Assembly: GCF_000027125.1 (NCBI RefSeq)
Contig: NC_017626.1
Source: Escherichia coli 042
GTDB taxonomy: Bacteria > Pseudomonadota > Gammaproteobacteria > Enterobacterales > Enterobacteriaceae
Strand: one strand, 5' to 3'
Length of the DNA: 64,000 bases
A program made the position numbers and the translations under genes. Position 1 is the first letter of the stretch; the number at the start of each line of letters is the position of its first letter. The notes beneath the pieces were generated by a model. The model did not search any database. It saw only the letters and a list, made by a program, of their open reading frames with translations, and was not told the DNA's origin. Below are positions 16,386 to 26,843 of the stretch, one piece after another.

Positions 16386-17342
16386 ATGTGGAAACGCTTA
16401 CTTGTAGTCTCTGCAGTCTCGGCAGCCATGTCGTCTATGGCGTTGGCCGCTCCATTAACCGTAGGATTTTCGCAGGTCGGATCGGAATCCGGCTGGCGCG
16501 CCGCAGAAACCAATGTGGCGAAAAGTGAGGCCGAAAAACGCGGAATTACGTTGAAAATTGCCGATGGTCAGCAAAAGCAGGAAAACCAGATTAAAGCGGT
16601 ACGTTCCTTCGTTGCACAAGGGGTGGATGCGATCTTTATCGCTCCAGTGGTTGCGACGGGTTGGGAACCGGTATTAAAAGAGGCGAAAGATGCCGAAATC
16701 CCGGTCTTCTTGCTCGACCGTTCCATCGATGTGAAAGACAAATCTCTCTATATGACCACCGTTACTGCCGACAACATCCTCGAAGGTAAGTTGATCGGTG
16801 ACTGGCTGGTAAAAGAAGTGAATGGCAAACCATGCAACGTGGTGGAGCTGCAGGGCACCGTTGGGGCCAGCGTCGCCATTGACCGTAAGAAAGGCTTTGC
16901 CGAAGCCATTAAGAATGCGCCAAATATCAAAATTATCCGCTCGCAGTCAGGTGACTTCACCCGCAGTAAAGGCAAAGAAGTCATGGAGAGCTTTATCAAA
17001 GCGGAAAACAACGGCAAAAACATCTGCATGGTTTACGCCCATAACGACGACATGGTGATTGGTGCAATTCAGGCAATTAAAGAAGCGGGCCTGAAACCGG
17101 GCAAAGATATCCTCACGGGTTCCATTGACGGTGTACCGGACATCTACAAAGCGATGATGGATGGCGAAGCGAACACCAGTGTTGAACTGACGCCGAACAT
17201 GGCGGGACCCGCTTTCGATGCGCTGGAGAAATACAAAAAAGACGGCACCATGCCTGAAAAGCTGACGTTAACCAAATCCACCCTTTACCTGCCTGATACC
17301 GCAAAAGAAGAGTTAGAGAAGAAGAAAAATATGGGGTATTGA
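16386..17342 (+). CDS. ytfQ: Galactofuranose ABC transporter periplasmic binding protein YtfQ
   Basis: 318-aa ORF with signal peptide and sugar-binding-protein fold signature; first gene of the ytfQRT-yjfF operon. Confidence 0.9.
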   Translation: MWKRLLVVSAVSAAMSSMALAAPLTVGFSQVGSESGWRAAETNVAKSEAEKRGITLKIADGQQKQENQIKAVRSFVAQGVDAIFIAPVVATGWEPVLKEAKDAEIPVFLLDRSIDVKDKSLYMTTVTADNILEGKLIGDWLVKEVNGKPCNVVELQGTVGASVAIDRKKGFAEAIKNAPNIKIIRSQSGDFTRSKGKEVMESFIKAENNGKNICMVYAHNDDMVIGAIQAIKEAGLKPGKDILTGSIDGVPDIYKAMMDGEANTSVELTPNMAGPAFDALEKYKKDGTMPEKLTLTKSTLYLPDTAKEELEKKKNMGY

Positions 17343-17350
17343 GGGTTGCT

Positions 17351-17452
17351 ATGCCTGATGCCGATTCGTAGGCCGGATAAGGCGCTCGCGCCGCATCCGG
17401 CGATGGTGCACTGAAGCCTGATTCGACGCTTACCGCGTCTTATCATGCCTAC
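17351..17452. repeat. REP/BIME elements
   Basis: GCCTGATGCCGATTCGTAGGCCGGATAAGGCGCTCGCGCCGCATCCGGC and a following palindromic unit between ytfQ and ytfR. Confidence 0.65.
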
Positions 17453-17481
17453 TGGGAGCACGCTTTACACCGGGGGAAACC

Positions 17482-18984
17482 ATGACGACCGACCAACACC
17501 AGGAGATCCTCCGCACCGAAGGATTAAGTTAATTTTTCCCCGGCGTCAAAGCGTTAGACAACGTTGATTTCAGCCTGCGCCGTGGCGAAATCATGGCGCT
17601 GCTTGGTGAAAACGGGGCGGGAAAATCAACGCTAATCAAAGCATTAACTGGTGTATACCACGCCGATCGCGGCACCATCTGGCTGGAAGGCCAGGCTATC
17701 TCACCGAAAAATACCGCCCATGCACAACAACTCGGTATCGGCACCGTCTATCAGGAAGTCAACCTGCTACCCAATATGTCGGTTGCTGATAATCTATTCA
17801 TAGGTCGCGAACCCAAACGTTTCGGCCTTCTACGCCGTAAAGAGATGGAAAAGCGCGCCACCGAACTGATGGCATCTTACGGTTTCTCCCTCGACGTGCG
17901 CGAACCGCTTAACCGTTTTTCGGTGGCGATGCAGCAAATCGTCGCCATTTGCCGGGCTATCGATCTCTCCGCCAAAGTGCTGATCCTCGATGAACCCACC
18001 GCCAGCCTCGACACCCAGGAAGTGGAGCTATTATTTGGCCTGATGCGTCAGTTGCGCGATCGCGGCGTCAGCCTGATCTTTGTCACTCACTTTCTCGATC
18101 AGGTCTATCAGGTCAGCGATCGGATCACCGTCTTACGCAACGGCAGTTTCGTAGGCTGTCGGGAAACGCGCGAGCTACCGCAGATCGAACTGGTAAAAAT
18201 GATGCTGGGGCGCGAGCTGGATACCCACGCGCTACAGCGTGCCGGGCGAACATTGTTGAGCGACAAACCCGTTGCCGCGTTCAAAAATTACGGCAAAAAA
18301 GGAACGATAGCACCGTTTGATCTCGAAGTGCGCCCCGGCGAGATCGTCGGTCTGGCTGGCTTGCTGGGATCCGGACGTACCGAAACCGCCGAAGTGATCT
18401 TCGGTATCAAACCTGCTGACAGCGGCACGGCGTTGATCAAAGGCAAACCGCAAACCCTGCGATCGCCACATCAGGCTTCAGTACTGGGCATCGGATTCTG
18501 CCCGGAAGACAGGAAAACAGATGGCATCATCGCCGCTGCCTCGGTGCGGGAAAATATCATCCTCGCTCTCCAGGCCCAGCGCGGCTGGCTACGACCCATT
18601 TCCCGCAAAGAGCAGCAAGAGATTGCCGAACGCTTTATCCGCCAGCTTGGCATTCGCACACCTTCAACTGAACAACCGATTGAATTTCTCTCCGGTGGCA
18701 ATCAGCAAAAAGTGCTGCTTTCACGTTGGCTACTGACCCGACCGCAATTTCTGATCCTTGATGAGCCAACCCGTGGCATTGATGTTGGTGCCCACGCCGA
18801 GATCATCCGCCTGATTGAAACGCTGTGTGCTGACGGTCTGGCGCTGCTGGTGATCTCCTCCGAACTGGAAGAGCTGGTGGGCTATGCCGACCGGGTGATC
18901 ATCATGCGCGATCGCAAACAGGTGGCGGAGATCCCGCTGGCACAGCTTTCCGTTCCGGCGATCATGAACGCCATTGCGGCGTAA
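17482..18984 (+). pseudogene. ytfR: ytfR (galactofuranose ABC transporter ATPase) interrupted by an in-frame TAA at codon 17
   Basis: ATG at 17482 with RBS; reads MTTDQHQEILRTEGLS then TAA (17530..17532); the same frame continues FFPGVKALDNVDFSLRRGEIMALLGENGAGKST (Walker A); the track ORF begins only at the internal Met at 17593. Confidence 0.65.
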
Positions 18985-18994
18985 GGAGAACAGT

Positions 18995-20020
18995 GTGATG
19001 CCTCAATCTCTCCCTGACACTACGCCGCCAAAAAGGCGTTTTCACTGGCCGACGGGGATGCCGCAGCTGGCGGCACTGTTGCTGGTGCTGCTGGTCGATA
19101 GCCTGGTAGCCCCGCATTTCTGGCAGGTGGTGCTTCAGGATGGGCGTTTGTTCGGTAGCCCTATCGACATTCTTAACCGTGCAGCTCCCGTTGCGTTACT
19201 GGCGATTGGTATGACGCTGGTGATCGCCACCGGTGGTATCGATCTCTCTGTGGGGGCGGTGATGGCTATCGCCGGAGCCACAACGGCTGCGATGACGGTC
19301 GCGGGATTCAGCCTGCCGATTGTTTTGTTAAGCGCCCTAGGCACCGGCATCCTGGCGGGATTGTGGAACGGCATACTGGTAGCGATCCTCAAAATTCAGC
19401 CGTTTGTCGCCACCCTGATCCTGATGGTCGCCGGGCGCGGCGTGGCGCAACTGATCACCGCCGGGCAGATCGTCACGTTTAACTCGCCGGATCTCTCATG
19501 GTTTGGCAGCGGATCGCTGTTGTTCCTGCCAACGCCGGTCATTATCGCGGTGCTGACGCTTCTCCTGTTCTGGCTGTTGACCCGCAAAACGGCGCTGGGG
19601 ATGTTTATCGAAGCCGTTGGTATCAACATTCGGGCGGCAAAAAATGCCGGGGTAAACACGCGAATCATCGTCATGCTCACCTACGTGTTGAGCGGGCTAT
19701 GTGCGGCGATTGCGGGCATTATCGTGGCGGCGGATATTCGCGGTGCCGATGCCAACAACGCCGGATTATGGCTGGAGCTGGACGCCATTCTCGCGGTGGT
19801 GATTGGCGGCGGATCGCTGATGGGCGGGCGCTTTAACCTGCTGCTCTCGGTAGTGGGGGCGCTGATTATTCAGGGGATGAACACCGGAATTTTGCTTTCG
19901 GGCTTTCCGCCGGAGATGAACCAGGTGGTGAAAGCGGTGGTGGTGCTTTGTGTGCTGATTGTTCAGTCGCAACGCTTTATCAGTCTGATTAAAGGAGTAC
20001 GTAGCCATGATAAAACGTAA
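18995..20020 (+). CDS. ytfT: Galactofuranose ABC transporter permease YtfT
   Basis: Track ORF 18974..20020; start placed at GTG 18995 (ATG 18998 is an alternative) after AAGGAGA RBS; polytopic membrane protein. Confidence 0.82.
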   Translation: MMPQSLPDTTPPKRRFHWPTGMPQLAALLLVLLVDSLVAPHFWQVVLQDGRLFGSPIDILNRAAPVALLAIGMTLVIATGGIDLSVGAVMAIAGATTAAMTVAGFSLPIVLLSALGTGILAGLWNGILVAILKIQPFVATLILMVAGRGVAQLITAGQIVTFNSPDLSWFGSGSLLFLPTPVIIAVLTLLLFWLLTRKTALGMFIEAVGINIRAAKNAGVNTRIIVMLTYVLSGLCAAIAGIIVAADIRGADANNAGLWLELDAILAVVIGGGSLMGGRFNLLLSVVGALIIQGMNTGILLSGFPPEMNQVVKAVVVLCVLIVQSQRFISLIKGVRSHDKT

Positions 20021-21002
20021 CTTGCCGCTGATGATCACCATCGGCGTCTTTGTGCTGGGCTATCTCTACTGCCTGACCCAGTTTCCCGGTTTTGCTTCCA
20101 CAAGGGTGATCTGCAATATCCTGACCGATAACGCCTTTCTTGGGATAATCGCCGTTGGCATGACCTTTGTGATCCTCTCTGGCGGTATCGATCTCTCCGT
20201 CGGTTCGGTGATCGCCTTTACTGGCGTGTTTCTGGCAAAAGTGGTTGGCGATTTCGGCCTCTCGCCGCTGCTGGCGTTTCCGCTAGTGCTGGTGATGGGC
20301 TGTGCCTTCGGCGCATTTATGGGGCTTCTGATCGACGCCCTGAAGATCCCGGCATTTATCATTACGCTTGCGGGGATGTTCTTTTTGCGCGGCGTCAGCT
20401 ATCTCGTTTCGGAAGAGTCGATTCCGATAAACCATCCCATTTATGACACGCTCTCAAGCCTTGCGTGGAAAATCCCTGGCGGCGGTCGCTTAAGTGCGAT
20501 GGGACTGCTGATGTTGGCGGTGGTGGTTATCGGCATATTCCTCGCGCATCGTACCCGTTTTGGTAATCAGGTATACGCCATTGGCGGCAACGCAACGTCG
20601 GCGAATCTGATGGGGATTTCCACTCGCAGCACCACTATTCGCATTTATATGCTCTCCACCGGACTGGCAACGCTGGCGGGGATTGTCTTCTCGATTTATA
20701 CCCAGGCCGGATATGCGCTGGCGGGCGTAGGTGTGGAACTGGATGCTATCGCCTCAGTGGTAATTGGCGGTACGCTTTTGAGCGGTGGCGTTGGAACGGT
20801 ATTAGGGACGCTTTTTGGCGTGGCGATTCAGGGACTGATTCAGACTTACATAAACTTTGATGGCACGCTGAGTTCCTGGTGGACGAAAATCGCCATCGGT
20901 ATTTTGTTGTTTATTTTTATAGCATTACAGCGTGGATTAACGGTGCTGTGGGAGAATCGTCAGAGTTCGCCAGTGACAAGAGTCAACATTGCGCAGCAAT
21001 AA
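20007..21002 (+). CDS. yjfF: Galactofuranose ABC transporter permease YjfF
   Basis: 331-aa hydrophobic ORF overlapping the ytfT 3' end; synteny. Confidence 0.85.
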   Translation: MIKRNLPLMITIGVFVLGYLYCLTQFPGFASTRVICNILTDNAFLGIIAVGMTFVILSGGIDLSVGSVIAFTGVFLAKVVGDFGLSPLLAFPLVLVMGCAFGAFMGLLIDALKIPAFIITLAGMFFLRGVSYLVSEESIPINHPIYDTLSSLAWKIPGGGRLSAMGLLMLAVVVIGIFLAHRTRFGNQVYAIGGNATSANLMGISTRSTTIRIYMLSTGLATLAGIVFSIYTQAGYALAGVGVELDAIASVVIGGTLLSGGVGTVLGTLFGVAIQGLIQTYINFDGTLSSWWTKIAIGILLFIFIALQRGLTVLWENRQSSPVTRVNIAQQ

Positions 21003-21034
21003 AAACGCCTCTCCGTGTGGAGAGGCGCAGGAGA

Positions 21035-22033
21035 TTACGCGTCCGGGAACTCACGGATAAAGCGTTCGACATCTTCAACCATATGGTCGTTGCCGACAAA
21101 GAACGAACGGCGCTGGTGCAGGGTTTCCGGGATAATATCCAGAATACGCTCTTTGCCATCGCTCGCTTTACCGCCCGCTTGTTCCGCCAGGAATGCCATC
21201 GGGTTGCACTCATACAGTAAACGCAGTTTACCGTCCGGGTGGCTGGCGGTGCTTGGGTAGAGATAAATACCGCCTTTCAGCAGGTTACGGTGGAAATCCG
21301 CAACCAGTGAACCGATATAACGTGAGGTATACGGGCGGTTGGTGGATTTATCTTCTTCCTGGCAGAATTTAATGTACCTCTTCACCCCGTTCGGAAACTT
21401 AATGTAGTTTCCTTCGTTGATGGAGTAGGTTTTGCCTTTCTCCGGGAAGCGCATCCGTTCCTGGCACAGGCAGAAAACGCCCAGCGAAGGATCGTAAGTA
21501 AAGGCGTGAACACCGCATCCGGTGGTGTAAACCAGCATGGTAGAGGAGCCGTATACCACGTAACCTGCCGCAACCTGTTTGTTACCAGGCTGGAGGAAAT
21601 CTTCTTCCGTTACCGGCGTGCCAACAGGCGTAACGCGGCGGTAGATGGAGAAAATGGTACCGACAGAGACGTTAACATCGATGTTGGACGAGCCATCCAG
21701 GGGGTCCATCAGCACCACGTATTTTGCGTGTTCACAGCCTTCAAAGACGACAATCTCATCTTCTTCTTCAGAGGCAATCCCCGCAACGATATCGCGTGCT
21801 TTCAGTGCGGCTTTCAGTTTTTCATTAGCGAACAAGTCGAGTTTCTGCTGAACCTCGCCCTGCACGTTCTCAGCACCGCTGGCACCCAGGATATCAACCA
21901 GTCCTGCTTTGTTGATATCGCGATGGATAATCTTGGCGCCCAGTTTTATTGCCGACAGCAAAGCAGTGAGCTCACCGGTAGCATGAGAAAACTCGTGCTG
22001 CTTTTCGACAATAAATTCACCTAACGTTTTCAT
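21035..22033 (-). CDS. fbp: Fructose-1,6-bisphosphatase class 1
   Basis: Track ORF 21035..22216 trimmed to internal ATG ([15 protein letters not shown]...), 332 aa. Confidence 0.9.
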   Translation of the reverse strand: MKTLGEFIVEKQHEFSHATGELTALLSAIKLGAKIIHRDINKAGLVDILGASGAENVQGEVQQKLDLFANEKLKAALKARDIVAGIASEEEDEIVVFEGCEHAKYVVLMDPLDGSSNIDVNVSVGTIFSIYRRVTPVGTPVTEEDFLQPGNKQVAAGYVVYGSSTMLVYTTGCGVHAFTYDPSLGVFCLCQERMRFPEKGKTYSINEGNYIKFPNGVKRYIKFCQEEDKSTNRPYTSRYIGSLVADFHRNLLKGGIYLYPSTASHPDGKLRLLYECNPMAFLAEQAGGKASDGKERILDIIPETLHQRRSFFVGNDHMVEDVERFIREFPDA

Positions 22034-22208
22034 AAAACTTTCCCTGCAATGTTTATGGAGTAAAGCGACCGCAACAATCTTAACAAATAATCTCAATGTT
22101 GCGCTCAGGTGAATCGCGCCAGCAAATTGCGGATTATCCTGAAATGCATTTCTCACTTGCCCGACATATGCGTAAAATGAGCGGCAGATTAAAAAAGGAT
22201 AGTGACGT

Positions 22209-23582
22209 ATGCGCATTCATATTTTAGGAATTTGTGGCACATTTATGGGCGGTCTGGCGATGCTGGCGCGCCAGTTAGGCCATGAAGTAACGGGTTCGGA
22301 CGCCAATGTGTATCCGCCGATGAGCACCTTACTTGAGAAGCAAGGCATTGAGCTGATTCAGGGTTACGATGCCAGCCAGCTCGAGCCGCAGCCGGATCTG
22401 GTGATTATTGGCAACGCCATGACCCGTGGAAATCCGTGTGTGGAAGCGGTACTGGAAAAAAACATCCCTTATATGTCAGGTCCACAGTGGCTGCACGATT
22501 TTGTGCTGCGCGACCGCTGGGTGCTGGCCGTTGCCGGTACACACGGCAAAACCACCACCGCGGGAATGGCGACCTGGATTCTGGAACAGTGTGGTTACAA
22601 ACCGGGATTTGTGATCGGCGGTGTGCCGGGGAACTTTGAGGTTTCGGCGCGTCTGGGCGAAAGCGACTTCTTTGTTATCGAAGCGGATGAGTACGACTGC
22701 GCCTTCTTCGACAAACGCTCTAAATTTGTCCATTACTGTCCGCGTACGCTGATCCTCAACAACCTTGAGTTCGATCACGCCGATATCTTTGACGACCTGA
22801 AAGCGATCCAGAAACAGTTCCACCATCTGGTGCGTATCGTTCCGGGGCAGGGCCGTATTATCTGGCCGGAAAATGACATCAACCTGAAACAGACCATGGC
22901 GATGGGCTGCTGGAGCGAGCAGGAGCTGGTGGGTGAGCAGGGTCACTGGCAGGCGAAAAAGCTGACCACCGATGCTTCCGAATGGGAAGTTTTGCTGGAT
23001 GGCGAAAAAGTGGGCGAAGTGAAATGGTCGCTGGTAGGCGAACATAATATGCACAATGGCCTGATGGCGATTGCAGCGGCTCGCCATGTTGGTGTAGCGC
23101 CGGTAGATGCCGCTAACGCGCTGGGTTCGTTTATTAATGCTCGTCGCCGTCTGGAGTTGCGTGGTGAAGCGAATGGCGTCACGGTATATGACGATTTTGC
23201 CCATCACCCGACGGCGATTCTGGCAACGCTGGCGGCGCTGCGTGGCAAAGTTGGTGGTACGGCGCGCATTATTGCTGTGCTGGAACCGCGCTCGAATACC
23301 ATGAAAATGGGGATCTGCAAAGACGATCTGGCACCTTCATTAGGTCGTGCCGATGAAGTCTTCCTGCTGCAACCGGCGCATATTCCGTGGCAGGTGGCAG
23401 AAGTGGCAGAAGCCTGCGTTCAGCCTGCACACTGGAGTGGCGATGTGGATACGCTGGCAGATATGGTGGTGAAAACCGCTCAGCCTGGCGACCATATTCT
23501 GGTGATGAGCAACGGCGGTTTTGGTGGGATCCATCAGAAACTGCTGGATGGTCTGGCGAAGAAGGCGGAAGCTGCGCAGTAA
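22209..23582 (+). CDS. mpl: UDP-N-acetylmuramate:L-alanyl-gamma-D-glutamyl-meso-diaminopimelate ligase (murein peptide ligase)
   Basis: 457-aa ORF with Mur-ligase ATP-binding motif (GTHGKTTT); synteny next to fbp. Confidence 0.9.
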   Translation: MRIHILGICGTFMGGLAMLARQLGHEVTGSDANVYPPMSTLLEKQGIELIQGYDASQLEPQPDLVIIGNAMTRGNPCVEAVLEKNIPYMSGPQWLHDFVLRDRWVLAVAGTHGKTTTAGMATWILEQCGYKPGFVIGGVPGNFEVSARLGESDFFVIEADEYDCAFFDKRSKFVHYCPRTLILNNLEFDHADIFDDLKAIQKQFHHLVRIVPGQGRIIWPENDINLKQTMAMGCWSEQELVGEQGHWQAKKLTTDASEWEVLLDGEKVGEVKWSLVGEHNMHNGLMAIAAARHVGVAPVDAANALGSFINARRRLELRGEANGVTVYDDFAHHPTAILATLAALRGKVGGTARIIAVLEPRSNTMKMGICKDDLAPSLGRADEVFLLQPAHIPWQVAEVAEACVQPAHWSGDVDTLADMVVKTAQPGDHILVMSNGGFGGIHQKLLDGLAKKAEAAQ

Positions 23583-23585
23583 TTC

Positions 23586-23711
23586 GGCCTCAGCCTGATA
23601 TAGTGTGCGTAGGCCGGATAAGGCGTTCACGCCGCATCCGGCATTTGAGCATAGTGCCTGATGCGACGCTTGATGCGTCTTATCAGGCCTACAGGTGCAC
23701 CGCATCCGGCA
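23586..23711. repeat. REP/BIME cluster
   Basis: Several GCCGGATGCGGCG / CGCCGCATCCGGC-type palindromic units between mpl and yjgA. Confidence 0.65.
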
Positions 23712-23737
23712 AACCATACTCACATCAACAACGAAAA

Positions 23738-24289
23738 TTACCCTTCATTCTCCGCCAGTTTGCGCAGATACTGGAAAATCTGGCGTGCGGATTTCGGCGG
23801 CTTATTCCCTTCTTTCTCTTTCTTCGCGTTGCGGATCAGAGTACGCAGTTGCTGACGATCGGCATCGGGCCACAGATTCAATACTTCAGCGATGGCGTCA
23901 TCACCCTGGTCGATCAGACGATCGCGCAGATTTTCCAGTTTATGGAACAGCACCACCTGCTGGTTGTGACGGTTTTTTAGCTTATCCAGCGCCTGACGAA
24001 TAGGCTCTACGTCGCGCTGGCGCAGCATCTTACCGATAAGCTGCAACTGGCGGCGGCGACCTTCCATCTTAATACGCTGGGCGAGCTCAATAGCCGCGCG
24101 CAGATCCGCATCTAACGGGATCTTATCCAGCGCGTTTTTCCCCAGATCAACAATTTCCGCGCCAAGGCGTTTTAGCTCCTCGGCATCACGTTTAATTTCA
24201 CTTTTACTGACCCAGATAATTTCATCGTCTTCGTCTTCGATGTCATCACCGGGAACGTCGTCGAGCCAGTCTTCGGGCTGCTTAGTCAT
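23738..24289 (-). CDS. yjgA: DUF615 ribosome-associated protein YjgA
   Basis: 183-aa acidic/basic ORF; synteny divergent from pmbA. Confidence 0.82.
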   Translation of the reverse strand: MTKQPEDWLDDVPGDDIEDEDDEIIWVSKSEIKRDAEELKRLGAEIVDLGKNALDKIPLDADLRAAIELAQRIKMEGRRRQLQLIGKMLRQRDVEPIRQALDKLKNRHNQQVVLFHKLENLRDRLIDQGDDAIAEVLNLWPDADRQQLRTLIRNAKKEKEGNKPPKSARQIFQYLRKLAENEG

Positions 24290-24382
24290 CTCAGGCTCCT
24301 TAAAAAAAGAGGCTAATGTTACCAGTTAAGATGCGCACTGAAAAACGGTTCTCTGTTAGACTTCAGAGAAACTCTCTACATT

Positions 24383-25735
24383 ATGGCACTTGCAATGAAA
24401 GTAATCTCTCAAGTTGAAGCGCAGCGCAAGATTCTGGAAGAAGCAGTTTCCACTGCGCTGGAGTTGGCCTCAGGCAAATCGGACGGTGCGGAAGTTGCCG
24501 TCAGCAAGACCACCGGCATTAGCGTAAGCACGCGTTATGGTGAAGTGGAGAATGTTGAATTCAATAGCGATGGCGCGCTGGGGATCACTGTTTATCACCA
24601 GAACCGCAAAGGTAGCGCATCATCCACCGATTTAAGCCCGCAGGCCATTGCCCGTACTGTACAGGCGGCGCTGGATATTGCCCGTTATACCTCGCCAGAT
24701 CCCTGTGCCGGCCTGGCAGACAAAGAGCTGCTGGCCTTTGACGCACCAGATCTCGACTTGTTCCACCCTGCGGAAGTTTCCCCGGATGAAGCCATTGAAC
24801 TGGCGGCCCGCGCAGAACAGGCAGCATTACAGGCGGATAAACGTATCACCAATACCGAAGGTGGCAGCTTTAACAGCCACTACGGTGTCAAAGTTTTTGG
24901 CAACAGCCACGGCATGTTGCAGGGTTACTGCTCAACGCGTCATTCGCTCTCCAGCTGTGTAATTGCCGAAGAAAATGGCGATATGGAGCGTGATTACGCC
25001 TACACCATTGGGCGCGCGATGAGCGATCTGCAAACGCCAGAGTGGGTTGGGGCCGACTGTGCTCGCCGTACTTTATCGCGCCTGTCACCGCGTAAACTCT
25101 CCACCATGAAAGCGCCAGTCATTTTTGCCAATGAAGTGGCAACTGGGCTTTTTGGGCATCTGGTGGGGGCGATAGCGGGTGGATCGGTTTATCGTAAATC
25201 TACCTTCCTGCTGGATTCGCTGGGTAAACAAATTCTGCCGGACTGGCTGACCATTGAAGAGCATCCGCATCTGCTGAAAGGGCTGGCGTCGACGCCATTC
25301 GACAGCGAAGGTGTGCGCACCGAGCGTCGCGATATTATTAAAGATGGCATCCTGACTCAGTGGCTGCTGACCAGCTATTCGGCGCGAAAACTGGGGCTGA
25401 AAAGCACCGGACATGCGGGCGGTATTCACAACTGGCGGATTGCCGGACAAGGGCTAAGCTTCGAACAAATGCTCAAAGAGATGGGCACCGGGCTGGTGGT
25501 GACGGAGCTGATGGGCCAGGGCGTGAGTGCCATTACCGGTGATTATTCCCGTGGTGCTGCGGGCTTCTGGGTAGAGAATGGCGAAATTCAGTATCCCGTT
25601 AGTGAAATCACCATCGCAGGTAATTTAAAAGATATGTGGCGCAATATTGTCACCGTCGGTAACGATATTGAAACACGCAGTAATATACAGTGTGGTTCAG
25701 TGCTGTTGCCGGAGATGAAAATCGCCGGGCAGTAA
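24383..25735 (+). CDS. pmbA: Metalloprotease PmbA (TldE)
   Basis: 450-aa [25 protein letters not shown]...; recognised as PmbA. Confidence 0.9.
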   Translation: MALAMKVISQVEAQRKILEEAVSTALELASGKSDGAEVAVSKTTGISVSTRYGEVENVEFNSDGALGITVYHQNRKGSASSTDLSPQAIARTVQAALDIARYTSPDPCAGLADKELLAFDAPDLDLFHPAEVSPDEAIELAARAEQAALQADKRITNTEGGSFNSHYGVKVFGNSHGMLQGYCSTRHSLSSCVIAEENGDMERDYAYTIGRAMSDLQTPEWVGADCARRTLSRLSPRKLSTMKAPVIFANEVATGLFGHLVGAIAGGSVYRKSTFLLDSLGKQILPDWLTIEEHPHLLKGLASTPFDSEGVRTERRDIIKDGILTQWLLTSYSARKLGLKSTGHAGGIHNWRIAGQGLSFEQMLKEMGTGLVVTELMGQGVSAITGDYSRGAAGFWVENGEIQYPVSEITIAGNLKDMWRNIVTVGNDIETRSNIQCGSVLLPEMKIAGQ

Positions 25736-25787
25736 AAAAACTGGCGCGACCTGCCGCGCCAAATCTTCATAATAAAAAAGGAAGTGA

Positions 25788-26177
<390 letters not shown>

Positions 26178-26221
26178 TTCCTCATTTCCCTGTTGCCTGC
26201 ACTCAGGTAACAGGGAACTTA

Positions 26222-26686
26222 TCATCGCAAATGATGCACCACCTGATTGCTGCTGCCGCGCCAGATCAGGGAAGGGTCTTTTAAATCCTGCACAAATTTG
26301 CCGTCGACCAGCACGTTAATCAAATCAACAACCTGCATTTGCGCAGCGTTGAGTTCGTCGAGTTTATAGCCTGTCCACACCCAGATGTCTTTACCCGGAC
26401 ACTCGGCGCGGATGCGTTTTACCAGTTTCAGAATATCCGGCACGTTTTGCGGATGCAGCGGATCGCCGCCGGAGAGGGAAATCCCCTGGCGTTTGATACG
26501 AGTGTCATTCAGATCTTTAATGATCTTGTCTTCCATTGCTTTGGTAAATGGCTGACCAGAATTTACCCGCCATGTGCTTTTGTTATAGCAACCGGGGCAT
26601 TCATGAACACACCCGGAGACAAACAGGGTGCAGCGAGTGCCGGGGCCGTTGACGATGTCGACAGGATAGTACTGATGATAATTCAT
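26222..26686 (-). CDS. nrdG: Anaerobic ribonucleoside-triphosphate reductase activating protein (radical SAM)
   Basis: 154-aa ORF with CxxxCxxC radical-SAM cluster motif (CVHECPGC). Confidence 0.9.
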   Translation of the reverse strand: MNYHQYYPVDIVNGPGTRCTLFVSGCVHECPGCYNKSTWRVNSGQPFTKAMEDKIIKDLNDTRIKRQGISLSGGDPLHPQNVPDILKLVKRIRAECPGKDIWVWTGYKLDELNAAQMQVVDLINVLVDGKFVQDLKDPSLIWRGSSNQVVHHLR

Positions 26687-26712
26687 TATTTCGCTTGGCT
26701 TATCAGTCCGCG

Positions 26713-26825
<113 letters not shown>

Positions 26826-26843
26826 CTTAGCGCAGAGTGAAGA

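Noticed and set aside
21035..22216. ORF-track N-terminal extensions (fbp 393 aa, treC 600 aa, msrA 234 aa, ridA 152 aa, bdcA 263 aa, yjgR 516 aa, ahr 353 aa)
   Set aside because: The extensions lack the conserved protein N-termini and RBSs; internal ATG starts reproduce the canonical protein lengths, so the longer forms are track artefacts.
23586..23711. Possible CRISPR array at REP-rich intergenic regions
   Set aside because: The repeats are imperfect palindromic REP/BIME units of variable spacing, not regularly spaced identical direct repeats with unique spacers; no cas genes are present.
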